From: an uncultured Pirellulales bacterium
GTDB lineage: Bacteria; Planctomycetota; Phycisphaerae; Sedimentisphaerales; Anaerobacaceae
NCBI GenBank assembly: GCA_964612985.1
Contig: CAZTGH010000004.1
Span: 1-40,066 of the forward strand
Reading direction: 5' to 3'
Length of the DNA: 40,066 nucleotides
Position 1 is the stretch's first letter. The number at the start of each line of letters is the position of its first letter. Below the pieces are notes generated by a model that was given only the letters and a program-made list of their open reading frames with translations, had not been told where the DNA came from and did not search any database. The position numbers were made by a program, and so were the translations under genes. Below, piece by piece: positions 9,747 through 18,461 of the stretch.

Positions 9747-9845
9747 TGGGCAAGTTTCAATGAGGGGACTACGCCCCTACTTTGATGCGCTTAATTCAAG
9801 ATGACAAACGGCATCTGTTGGCGATGGATCACGTTCCAACGTTAG

Positions 9846-11114
9846 CTATTGAAAGCGGGTGTGGGTGGACCAGAGGCCGAGGGCGGGGTTGGGGATGTAG
9901 AAGATTTGCTCCCCGGCGATGGTGTTGAAGCCGGCGTGGAGTTTCTTGGGGTCGTACTTGGCCATCATCTCGGTCAGGTCGGCGTACTGGAAGTTGACGC
10001 CTTCGATCTGCTCCCGGGTCAGATGGCCCGGGCAGTAGGTGATCGAGAAGCGGTCCTCGGAGGAACCGTGGATCAGATGGGCGGCGGCGCTGAGGTTGGC
10101 CCGCAGGTCGTCGTTCTCCTCCACCAGTCGCAGCACCCGCTCGGTGCCGACGTACCCATACTTGCGGATCAGCCGGTCGATCTCCTTGTCCTCTCCGAAC
10201 TCGCGCAGCCCCGGCGCCAGGACGATCAGCTCGCCCCCATCGGCCATCGCCATCCGCGTGCGGTAGATGCTCTTGTTGCCCAGCCAGGTGCTCTTGAACT
10301 CCTCGGGCTCGAGGTAGACCACCACCTTCTCCAGCGGCTCGTCGAGCATCTCGAAATTGACCTTCAGCGACAGCTCAGCGGCGAGGTGGAAGCATTCGAT
10401 ATCGTCGCCGATGAACAGGCCCCGCGTGACCAGGCCCCCCTCGCCCGGCCCGACGACGGTGTGCACGTAGACGACGGGAAGGTCGCGTCCGAAATGGTCG
10501 GAGGCATAGTTCAGCACGCGGCGGACCGGCGTATCGGCCCGACCCATCATCCGCTCCATCCCATAGACGGCGCCGAGATAATGGCTCTTGTTGATCCCCT
10601 CGACCCCGCCGGTGCCGACGAAAACGTTCTTGTTGTAGTTGGCCATGCCGACCACCTCGTGCGGCACCACCTGCCCGATCGACAGGATCAGGTCGAACCC
10701 GCCCTCGACGAGCAGCTTGTCCACCTGGGCAGGCCACGGGAAATCCAGTTTGCCCTCGCTGACCTCCTTGACGAACTCGCCCGGCACCTCGCCCAGCGTC
10801 GCCAGCCCCTCGCGCCAGTCGTGCTCGCGGAAGAGCCCCAGCGGAACATCGCCAAACATTCGCCGGATCTCGTCGGCGGTCATCGCAAAGTGCGTCCCCA
10901 CCGCCGGCAGGATGTCCGTCAGTGCCTCGCCATAATACTGCCACGCATATCGCGTCAGCTCGCCCGCCCGCGAATAGAAGCGCGTAATATCAGGCGGCAA
11001 GGCCAGAACCTTCTTCCTCTTGCCCAGCTTATCGAGCACCTCGCAGAGGCCCTGTCGGAGGTCTTCACCGCTGAGATGGTCACTTTCGCTGCCGCGACTG
11101 TAATAGAGCATCAT
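9846..11114 (-). CDS. LarA-family (nickel-pincer, DUF2088) racemase/epimerase; candidate D-mannonate/D-gluconate 2-epimerase
   Basis: 422 aa with LarA-type motifs PPDITR, PAVGTH, VVPHEVVGMANYNKN, SHYLG, WLGNKS; lies near gnd and uxaC. Confidence 0.8.
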   Translation of the reverse strand: MMLYYSRGSESDHLSGEDLRQGLCEVLDKLGKRKKVLALPPDITRFYSRAGELTRYAWQYYGEALTDILPAVGTHFAMTADEIRRMFGDVPLGLFREHDWREGLATLGEVPGEFVKEVSEGKLDFPWPAQVDKLLVEGGFDLILSIGQVVPHEVVGMANYNKNVFVGTGGVEGINKSHYLGAVYGMERMMGRADTPVRRVLNYASDHFGRDLPVVYVHTVVGPGEGGLVTRGLFIGDDIECFHLAAELSLKVNFEMLDEPLEKVVVYLEPEEFKSTWLGNKSIYRTRMAMADGGELIVLAPGLREFGEDKEIDRLIRKYGYVGTERVLRLVEENDDLRANLSAAAHLIHGSSEDRFSITYCPGHLTREQIEGVNFQYADLTEMMAKYDPKKLHAGFNTIAGEQIFYIPNPALGLWSTHTRFQ

Positions 11115-11279
11115 GTTTCCTGTTTCAGATCAGGGGCAAATCAATACCCCTTAAATTAGCGGCTGGACGCCTGCAAAGACAACGAAAAAGCGGATCGGGT
11201 GCATGATTTGGCATGGATTGCAGCCGGGGCGGCCGGTATCCTATGGCGAGCTTTCTACGGTCCTGTGTGTGTGAGGTGT

Positions 11280-12143
11280 ATGAACGAATTGCTCCTGAGA
11301 ATCGAAGCCGTATGCGTCGAAGCCGATTCGACGATCCTCGTCGGGGTCGGTGTCGGCATGGCGGTCGTCGGTCTGCTCCTCTGGCTGGGAGGGGCCCGCT
11401 ACAGCACCATCGTGGTCGGTCTGCTCGGGGCGGCGGTCGGGGCCCTCGTCGGAATGCTCGTCAGCATGCGATTGGCCCTGAGCCCCTTGATCAGCATGGG
11501 CGTCGGCGCCGTGGCCCTCAGCGTTCTTTCTATCCTCGCGCGGAACGTACTGGTCATCGTCCTGGCCACCGTGATCTTCGCGCTGGTCGCTGCCACCGCC
11601 TATACCAGTGTGGTCCTCGACACCCAGCCCGCTCAGGAAACCGACGTTCGCACAGCCAGGACGCAGGGAGAGCCGACGGCGACGGAGCCGCCGCCCTTCG
11701 TTTACCAGTCGTTCACCGCCATGGACCCGAACACCCGCCAGGCCTATATCGAGCAACTGGGCGGCCCGCAGGAGGAGGATCTCCAGAGCCGGATGAAGCT
11801 GGTCCTGGAGGACCTCTGGCGCTCCCTCGGCCCACACAAGTGGTACCTGATCGGGACGATCGTCATCGGCGGTCTTGCGGGCTTTCTGCTGATCTGGTTC
11901 ATCAAGAACGTGGTCCTGCCCCTGTGCTACAGCGTCGTCGGCACGACCGCGGTGTTGCTGGGGGCCCAGCTATTGCTGCTGGGCCTGGGGGCCCGGGTCG
12001 CCTCCGATCTGGCGCCTCGACCATGGATCATCCCCGTGACGTTCGGCTCGATGATCTTCCTCGGCTGGACGCGCCAGCTCCTGGCCGGTCGCCGGCGCCG
12101 CATCCATGCCGAGCATCCTCCGAAAGACAATGGAGGCGAATAG
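11280..12143 (+). CDS. Multi-pass membrane protein of unknown function
   Basis: About 7-8 hydrophobic Gly-rich segments separated by a soluble loop; GAGG RBS before ATG 11280. Confidence 0.75.
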   Translation: MNELLLRIEAVCVEADSTILVGVGVGMAVVGLLLWLGGARYSTIVVGLLGAAVGALVGMLVSMRLALSPLISMGVGAVALSVLSILARNVLVIVLATVIFALVAATAYTSVVLDTQPAQETDVRTARTQGEPTATEPPPFVYQSFTAMDPNTRQAYIEQLGGPQEEDLQSRMKLVLEDLWRSLGPHKWYLIGTIVIGGLAGFLLIWFIKNVVLPLCYSVVGTTAVLLGAQLLLLGLGARVASDLAPRPWIIPVTFGSMIFLGWTRQLLAGRRRRIHAEHPPKDNGGE

Positions 12144-12257
12144 GGATCTGCTGGCCGAGGGTTTGGCCTTGATTTGAGGGACATCCCGCCTACAATCACA
12201 TGGCACCTGTGTACAACGACGAAGGTGCAACGCCAACGGGTGTCAGAGGGCCTCAGT

Positions 12258-13328
12258 GTGCCGCCGGAACGATCGCGAAGCATTCAATACATTAATGGGC
12301 TCCGAATCCTGGCCATCTATGCGGTGGCCACCGCCCACGTCGCGATCTGGCTGACCATGGCGACCCCGCCTTTTGTCTTCAACTGGTGGCTGGGCTGCTG
12401 GCTGTTCTACCTGGGACACTTCTCGATCCCCGTCTTCGTGATGGTCAGCGGAGCGCTGCTGCTGGACGACTCCCGGCGTGAATCGGCGGGGCAGTTCTAC
12501 CGCCGGCGAATGATCCGCGTCGGCGTCCCGCTCATGGTATGGACGGTGGTATATTTGCTGGTCCGGCGTTTCATCGACCATGAGCCGCTGTCGCTCGGCC
12601 GCATAATTCAACTGATCCTCACGGGTGACCCGTACTACCATCTGTGGTTTCTCTACATGATCTTCGGGCTGTATCTGATCACACCCGCTCTGCGGACATT
12701 CGTACGGTGCGCCACGCAGGGACAGCGGTGGTTGCTGATCGTACTGGGGCTCGTGCTCGCCAACGGCTACTTTCAGACCGACGTCCTGCTGTGGGACAAC
12801 GAGCGTTCGATCTTCACGATGTTCGTTCCGTTCATCGCGTTCTACCTTTGTGGCTATGAGATCCGCCTCATCGATCCGAAGAGAGTCCCGTCGCGGTACC
12901 TGGCCCTGGCGGTCGTGCTCTCAGCACTGTACTTCGCTGCGTTCTCTGGCCCCTTCCTGGACCGAGCCGGCGGTGTGGGCGTGCGGTATTTATTCGATTT
13001 CTTCAGTCTGCCCATGGTCTTCCTCTCGGTCGCCATCTTCTGGGCCGCCTACCTCTGGGACGCCCGGCGCCCGCCGCTGACGGGCATCCGCAAGACCGCC
13101 CTCGAGTGGGTCTCGTCCACGGTCCTGGGCATCTACGTGCTGCACCCGCTCGTGCTGACCGTCCTGCGTGAAGCGCTCGGCAAGCGAGCCGCAGTAGGAG
13201 CCGGTGAGGATTTGCGTGCATCGTTCCTGCTGGGTGTGACTCTCGTCCCGCTGGTAACCTTCGTCATATGCTATCTGATTACGTCGCTGCTGATGAATAT
13301 TCCCTTGATAAGACGAACCGTCTGCTGA
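12258..13328 (+). CDS. Acyltransferase family 3 (WecH/YiaH-like surface-polysaccharide O-acyltransferase)
   Basis: Motifs INGLRILAIYAVATAH, SIPVFVMVSGALLL, YYHLWFLYMIFGLYLITP, LGIYVLHP; GTG start after GAGGG (start approximate). Confidence 0.88.
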   Translation: MPPERSRSIQYINGLRILAIYAVATAHVAIWLTMATPPFVFNWWLGCWLFYLGHFSIPVFVMVSGALLLDDSRRESAGQFYRRRMIRVGVPLMVWTVVYLLVRRFIDHEPLSLGRIIQLILTGDPYYHLWFLYMIFGLYLITPALRTFVRCATQGQRWLLIVLGLVLANGYFQTDVLLWDNERSIFTMFVPFIAFYLCGYEIRLIDPKRVPSRYLALAVVLSALYFAAFSGPFLDRAGGVGVRYLFDFFSLPMVFLSVAIFWAAYLWDARRPPLTGIRKTALEWVSSTVLGIYVLHPLVLTVLREALGKRAAVGAGEDLRASFLLGVTLVPLVTFVICYLITSLLMNIPLIRRTVC

Positions 13329-13329
13329 C

Positions 13330-13508
13330 TGGAGTTCTGCAAAAATGGATATTAGGCCTACTTTGGAAAGGAAGAGCCTCGTTCCTGGCTCTTCCTTGTC
13401 AAACGCTGACTTCTTGGTTATCGGCGATTTTACACCATTCTCCAAGGAAATCGTAAGACCGATTTCCTTGAAGAATATAGGCCTAATATCCATTTTTGCA
13501 GAACTCCA
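13330..13508. mobile_element. MITE-like non-autonomous element (179 bp) with 31-bp perfect terminal inverted repeats
   Basis: TGGAGTTCTGCAAAAATGGATATTAGGCCTA (13330-13360) and its exact reverse complement (13478-13508). Non-coding AT-richer interior with two 11-bp hairpins; possible 3-bp ACT duplication. Confidence 0.8.
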
Positions 13509-13572
13509 CTGGTGAAACGAATCGCGACATGCATCGGCGCTGCTCGATCGACGTCCAAAGGAGGTTCAAACG

Positions 13573-14115
13573 ATGAAGAAGAACGTGCCGCTGAAACAGG
13601 CGAAATGGATCATCGAGCCCGGCTGTGTCGTGCTGGTCGTCGGCGGGACGATGGAGCGGGCGAATCTCATGACGTTCAGTTGGCAGACGCCCATCCACAC
13701 CGCCGATCCATGCATGATTCTGCTCGTGGTCAACCGCATTCGCTACACGTACGAACTGATCCGCAACAATGGCGAGCTGACGATCAATGTCCCGGACGAA
13801 TCTCTGCTCCAGCAGACGCACCTGGCGGGCACCGTCAGTGGGCGAGGCATCGACAAATTCGCCCACTGCGGCCTGACACCGGCGCCCGCCAGTGTCGTGC
13901 AGCCCCCACTGATTGCCGAATGCGCGGGACACCTGGAGTGTCGGATCGTCGAGACGCATGGCGTGCAGACCCACGACCTGCTGATCTGCGAGGTCGTCGG
14001 CGCCTCGGCCGAGGCGGACTGCTTCGACGGCGCCTGGATCCCCGAGAAGTTCCACACCCTGCACTACATGCAGGGCAACCAGTACGGCCTGCTCACCCGC
14101 CGCGTCGAGGCCTGA
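13573..14115 (+). CDS. Flavin reductase-like family protein
   Basis: Motifs NLMTFSW, YTYELIRNNGELTINVP, GTVSGRGIDKF, PPLIAECAGHLEC, HDLLICEV; GGAGG RBS. Confidence 0.9.
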   Translation: MKKNVPLKQAKWIIEPGCVVLVVGGTMERANLMTFSWQTPIHTADPCMILLVVNRIRYTYELIRNNGELTINVPDESLLQQTHLAGTVSGRGIDKFAHCGLTPAPASVVQPPLIAECAGHLECRIVETHGVQTHDLLICEVVGASAEADCFDGAWIPEKFHTLHYMQGNQYGLLTRRVEA

Positions 14116-14159
14116 TCGCGTATACCCGCCGCCGAATCTGCCCTGTCGACGGCGGTCTG

Positions 14160-14184
14160 GTAGGGGCGACGCATGCGTCGCCCT
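14160..14184 (+). repeat. REP-like palindrome (GTAG family)
   Basis: GTAG followed by the perfect palindrome GGGCGACGCATGCGTCGCCC. Confidence 0.8.
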
Positions 14185-14198
14185 TGCCGCGATGACCC

Positions 14199-14227
14199 TG
14201 GACACAGCACGTGCGATATCTTATAAT
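14199..14227 (+). promoter_or_regulatory. Putative sigma70 promoter
   Basis: TGGACA, 17-nt spacer, TATAAT; upstream of the Tat-signal gene. Confidence 0.6.
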
Positions 14228-14261
14228 CTCGTGCAGATATCCGAGTTTGTAGTATGCCCGC

Positions 14262-14286
14262 GTAGGGGCGAATCATGATTCGCCCC
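14262..14286 (+). repeat. REP-like palindrome (GTAG family)
   Basis: GTAGGGGCGAATCATGATTCGCCCC, containing a 22-bp perfect palindrome; lies in the 5' leader. Confidence 0.8.
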
Positions 14287-14307
14287 CGCCGGCAAACGAG
14301 GTGGACC

Positions 14308-15285
14308 ATGTCGAATCAACTGGATCGTCGCAGCTTCCTGAAGAAATCGCTGCTCGGGTCGGCCTCGGGCACGCTGGCCCTGAGCTTCGAAGAAAGGGCC
14401 TTGCTCGCCCAGTCCCCCGTAAGGGCGAATCATCATTCGCCCCTGTCTACACCCGCCCCCGCCACGAATCCCCCGAATGGCATGCCGACCGGGCAGATCG
14501 GTAAGGTCCGGATCAGCCGGATGTTCGCCGGCGGAAACCTGATCAGCGGGTTCGCCCACAGCCGCGACCTGATCTACGTCTCGTCGCTGCTCAAGAGCTA
14601 CTTCACCGACGAGAAGGTGATGGAGACGCTGCAACTCTGCGAGGAGATGGGCATCAACACCGCCATCCTGCGCCTCGACGACCACTGCAAGCGAATCCTC
14701 AGTCGCTACTGGGACGAGCGGGGCGGCGCGATCCAATGGATCGCCCAGATCAAGATCACCCCCGGCGACCTGAGCCAGATCGACGACGCGGTCGACCACG
14801 GCGCGATCGGTGTCTACGTTCATGGCGGCGTCAGCGACACCTGCGTCGAGAACGGACAAGTAGACCTGCTGGGCAAGGCGGTCGATCGGATCAAGTCTCA
14901 CGGCGTCATCGCGGGCATCGCCGGCCATAAGGTCGAAGTCCCCATGGCAGTGGTCGAGGCGGGCATCCAGCCGGACTTCTTCATGAAGACCCTGCACAGC
15001 CACGCCTATTGGTCCGCCGACGGGCAGCCCGAAAACGACAACGTCTGGTCGCGCACGCCCGCCAAGACCATCGAGTTCATGCGGACCGTCAAGACGCCGT
15101 GGATTGCCTACAAGGTGATGGCCGCCGGCGCCATCCAGCCGAGCCGCGCCTTCAAATACGCATACGAAGGCGGCGCCGACTTCATCTGTGCCGGCATGTT
15201 CGACTTCCAGGTCCGCGAAGACGTCATCATCGCCAACAAAATCCTCGCCGCCCCCCTCCACCGCCAACGCCCCTGGTGCGCGTAA
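14308..15285 (+). CDS. Tat-exported aldo/keto-reductase-like TIM-barrel protein
   Basis: Twin-arginine signal LDRRSFLKKS; motifs MPTGQIGKVRISRMFAGGN, GIAGH, PWIAYKVMAAG, GADFICAGMFDFQ. Confidence 0.75.
   Translation: MSNQLDRRSFLKKSLLGSASGTLALSFEERALLAQSPVRANHHSPLSTPAPATNPPNGMPTGQIGKVRISRMFAGGNLISGFAHSRDLIYVSSLLKSYFTDEKVMETLQLCEEMGINTAILRLDDHCKRILSRYWDERGGAIQWIAQIKITPGDLSQIDDAVDHGAIGVYVHGGVSDTCVENGQVDLLGKAVDRIKSHGVIAGIAGHKVEVPMAVVEAGIQPDFFMKTLHSHAYWSADGQPENDNVWSRTPAKTIEFMRTVKTPWIAYKVMAAGAIQPSRAFKYAYEGGADFICAGMFDFQVREDVIIANKILAAPLHRQRPWCA
14419..14443 (+). repeat. REP-like palindrome inside a CDS
   Basis: GTAAGGGCGAATCATCATTCGCCCC, near-identical to the copy at 14262; encodes VRANHHSP in frame. 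Confidence 0.75.
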
Positions 15286-15309
15286 GGGCGAATGACCCTT
15301 CGCCACTAC
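15282..15309 (+). repeat. REP-like palindrome overlapping the stop codon
   Basis: GTAAGGGCGAATGACCCTTCGCCACTAC; its TAA (15283-15285) is the stop codon of the upstream gene. Confidence 0.65.
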
Positions 15310-15366
15310 CGTCGGTGCCTGGCATTCCTCCAAGACCGGAGGGCGGGACTTCAGCGGCCGGGGGAG

Positions 15367-15689
15367 CTACCGAAGCAGGCGACGTTCCAGTATCTCCTGC
15401 ATGGCTCGGCGCCCATCCAGAACGCAATGAATGAACACCTTTTGCCCAGCAATCTGATAGATGATTCTATAGGGTTTGAAGTGGATCTCGCGGTAGCCGC
15501 ACACGCCGATTCGCTCGAGTTCGGGGGACTGTGTCATTGCCGAGGCATCTGAGCCAGACGCTGGCACGCCTCCCGTAGCTTCCGCAACACGTGGTCCGCA
15601 CGGCCGCGCCTATCGGCTCGCAGGACGTATTTGTAGATGTCGGGGATGTCCTCTTCGGCCTCGGCGACCACGAGGACCTGATAGCTCAC
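15367..15689 (-). pseudogene. RelE/ParE-family toxin pseudogene
   Basis: VSYQVLVVAEAEEDIPDIYKYV...LAQMPRQ* (TGA at 15534-15536), then after a frameshift PELERIGVCGYREIHFKPYRIIYQIAGQKVFIHCVLDGRRAMQEILERRLLR*. Its GTG start overlaps the antitoxin stop (GTGA). Confidence 0.85.
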
Positions 15690-15865
15690 GTCAGTTTCCT
15701 TGCCCGAGCGACCAGGTCGGCGAAGGCCTTCCTGACGGGTTTGTACTTGCCCGCCTCGATACTCCGCTGGCTCTGTGCCAGCAGCTTGAGCAGGGCCAGA
15801 CTCTCTTGCGTCTGCTCGTACGTATCGATGTCCTGAACCACGGCTCGTGCCTCGCCATTCTGCGA
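15686..15865 (-). pseudogene. Phd/YefM-family antitoxin, N-terminally truncated
   Basis: Frame not in the ORF track: SQNGEARAVVQDIDTYEQTQESLALLKLLAQSQRSIEAGKYKPVRKAFADLVARARKLT*. Has no start codon; the N-terminal DNA-binding part is missing. Confidence 0.8.
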
Positions 15866-15875
15866 TAATCAATCA

Positions 15876-18338
15876 TCAATTATCAATAATGGATTCCCCC
15901 GCTTCCCACCAGAGTCGCGGATAGTCCCGCCCCTCGTCGATCCACCACAGGTCCTCACTGCCATTGCCCGTCTCCCCCACGAAATCCCACCCCGCATCGA
16001 GATACGTCCCGCCCGTCTGCATCTCAGCCGTCGTCTTCGGTATTCCCCCGTCTGATGTATTCACGCTGACTTGGGCATCCCAGAAAGAGGACTCGACGAC
16101 ACCTTCGTTAGAGCCCACCAGGCCACCGGCGTCGAAGCTTCCGGAGACTCTGCTTGTGGAATAGCACCTGCGTATGACATTTGACGAAGGCTTCAGGCCA
16201 CGACCGACCGAACCATCTCCAACCAAGCCGCCCACGTTTCGCTCGCCTGTCACCACCCCTGATGCATAGCAGTCGGCGATCTCCGCCATGCCGGAGCTTA
16301 TACCCAGCAATCCCCCGATAGACCCCGACTCTCCGGTGACGATGCTGGTACTGAAGCACTGCTCGAGCCGGGCATTGATGTTCATTGCGACCAGCCCTCC
16401 GATGACGGAGATCCCGGTCACCGTCGTGGTGCTGGAGCACTGGAGGATATCGCTCTTGTAGTTGTACCCCACGAGTCCGCCAACGTAGCGTTCGCCGCAG
16501 ACCACACCCGTACTGTGACAGTTTATCACGCTGCCCGAGACGCAGGAGCCCACCACGGCGCCGACGTAGTTCCACGTCCCCGTGACGTTGACATCAGCGA
16601 TTTCCACGTCTCTGACCGTCCCCCCATTCGTCAGCATGCCGATGAATCCCACGTGACCCTCTCCCGAAATGGTCAGGTGAGAGATCGTGTGGTTGTTGCC
16701 GTCGAACGTGCCCTCAAATGGATACCAGAAGTCACCGACTGTGAAGAACGGCGTACCCTCTGCGTCGATATCGTTCAGCAATCTGAAATGGGCTGCCGTC
16801 AGCCTGGGATTGCGGCCGATGCTATTGAGTTGCTCGAACGTCGCGATGAGATAGGGATCGTCGGGTTCACCGCTTCCGTCGGCAAAGGGCAATTCCGCAA
16901 GGACCGGAAGCTGCCACCAGAGAATCGGATATCCGCCCCCCTCGGGCTGCGCCCAGAAGTCGTCGGGGCCGTCTGCCTGGACGATGAAGTGCCAACCGGA
17001 ATCTTGGAATGTCTCGCGGACCTGCATCTGGGCAGTGGTCCTGCCGGTCCCTCCAGCGCTAACGTCTGTTCCACTGGTTTCGACGTCCCAGAAACTACCG
17101 AGGACCTCCGCCCGATCGCTGCCAAGGCCCACGAGACCGCCAACGGTTTCTTCGCCATGAACCGGGCCGGTCGAGTAGCATTGCTCTACCATGCCCACCT
17201 CATTGAAGCCGACCAACCCACCGACCATTGCGCCGCCCGTTACAGAGCCGGTCGAATAGGAGTGATCAATTTGCCCTGGGTAGTACCATGTCTCCAGGCC
17301 GGGCGACCGCAGGCCGTTCCGTCCCACCAGTCCTCCGATGGCTTCCTCACCGACAATGGCCCCTGCGGCATAGCACATGGAAATCGTGCCGCCTGCGTTA
17401 TGTCCCACTAATCCGCCGACGGCTTCTCTGCCTGTGATGTCCCCGCCCTGAACGGAACAGGCGGATACCATGCCGATTGTGTTCAATCCCACGAGCGCGC
17501 CGACATTCGCTGTCGTTTGCGCCTGGATATTGGGGTCGACGAGGTGCAAATTCTTGATGGTGCCATACAGGACGCGCCCGAAGAGTCCCACGAAAGAGGC
17601 ATCCTGCGATTCGTAAGTGAAATTCGTGATCGTATGACCCCTGCCGTCGAAGCTGCCCCTGAAGGAATCGCTGTAATCGATTCCGATGATGTTGAATTCG
17701 GTGCCTTGATAGGCGGACAGGTCGATGTCGGCGGTGAGTCGGAAGTGTTTGTCCCAGTCGTCGGGGCAGGCGCCGATGGCGTTCATCTGCTCGGCGGTGG
17801 CGATGAGGTAGGGGGTGTTGGGATCGCCTGTGCCGCCGGCGTATTTGCGCGTGGCGATCGCGTCGATGACAAAGACGAAGAAGTCGGCGCTGTTGGGTGG
17901 AGGCGTGGTCCCGCCCGTCAGGTGCACCGTGTCGTCCGTGAACGTCAGTGTCAGTTCGACCGTGCTGCCGTCGGGGGTCTGCCCGATGAACTCGATGCCG
18001 TCGTTGCGCATCTCGCCCACCAGCCCCGTCAGGTTGAACGTCGCGTTCGGATCGAGCGTCCGCAATGGCTCGTTCACATCGACTGCATTGGCGTCGACCC
18101 GCGCAAACTGAGCCGCGCCCTGATTGGGATCGACGATCAAGCAGAACTGCCCCTCGACGGCATACGTCCAGTCCACGCCCGCGAACCCGCCGGTCTGCAC
18201 GATCGTGCTCCGCTCGGGCGAAAACACATAGCATCCCGTTGGGTCCGCCGGCTCCTCGGCGCCGGTCGGCGCGACCCAAGGCCACGTACTGAGCAGCACA
18301 AGTGCCCACGTGAGATTCCGAATCCTTCCCGCTTCCAT
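15876..18338 (-). CDS. Secreted GLUG-motif repeat surface protein (820 aa)
   Basis: Signal peptide; two modules each starting G.G.P..PYLIAT.EQ.N.IG, with many VGGLVG.N repeats, and ending SFWD...GG...TT..MQ...GW.F...YP.LWW. Confidence 0.88.
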   Translation of the reverse strand: MEAGRIRNLTWALVLLSTWPWVAPTGAEEPADPTGCYVFSPERSTIVQTGGFAGVDWTYAVEGQFCLIVDPNQGAAQFARVDANAVDVNEPLRTLDPNATFNLTGLVGEMRNDGIEFIGQTPDGSTVELTLTFTDDTVHLTGGTTPPPNSADFFVFVIDAIATRKYAGGTGDPNTPYLIATAEQMNAIGACPDDWDKHFRLTADIDLSAYQGTEFNIIGIDYSDSFRGSFDGRGHTITNFTYESQDASFVGLFGRVLYGTIKNLHLVDPNIQAQTTANVGALVGLNTIGMVSACSVQGGDITGREAVGGLVGHNAGGTISMCYAAGAIVGEEAIGGLVGRNGLRSPGLETWYYPGQIDHSYSTGSVTGGAMVGGLVGFNEVGMVEQCYSTGPVHGEETVGGLVGLGSDRAEVLGSFWDVETSGTDVSAGGTGRTTAQMQVRETFQDSGWHFIVQADGPDDFWAQPEGGGYPILWWQLPVLAELPFADGSGEPDDPYLIATFEQLNSIGRNPRLTAAHFRLLNDIDAEGTPFFTVGDFWYPFEGTFDGNNHTISHLTISGEGHVGFIGMLTNGGTVRDVEIADVNVTGTWNYVGAVVGSCVSGSVINCHSTGVVCGERYVGGLVGYNYKSDILQCSSTTTVTGISVIGGLVAMNINARLEQCFSTSIVTGESGSIGGLLGISSGMAEIADCYASGVVTGERNVGGLVGDGSVGRGLKPSSNVIRRCYSTSRVSGSFDAGGLVGSNEGVVESSFWDAQVSVNTSDGGIPKTTAEMQTGGTYLDAGWDFVGETGNGSEDLWWIDEGRDYPRLWWEAGESIIDN

Positions 18339-18461
18339 GGTTTGTCGTCCTCCTCTCGGCCCAAAACCCAGGCCAAGCCCCGTTCCGCCGGCCCACGCAC
18401 GCCCGCAGGGCCTGTACTCATAGTATAGCAGAAACTGCCCCTCCGGTTCAATCGCCCGTCG

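Noticed and set aside
14160..15309. Repeated palindromes as a possible CRISPR array
   Set aside because: Irregular spacing, divergent copies, no cas genes; they fit REP elements.
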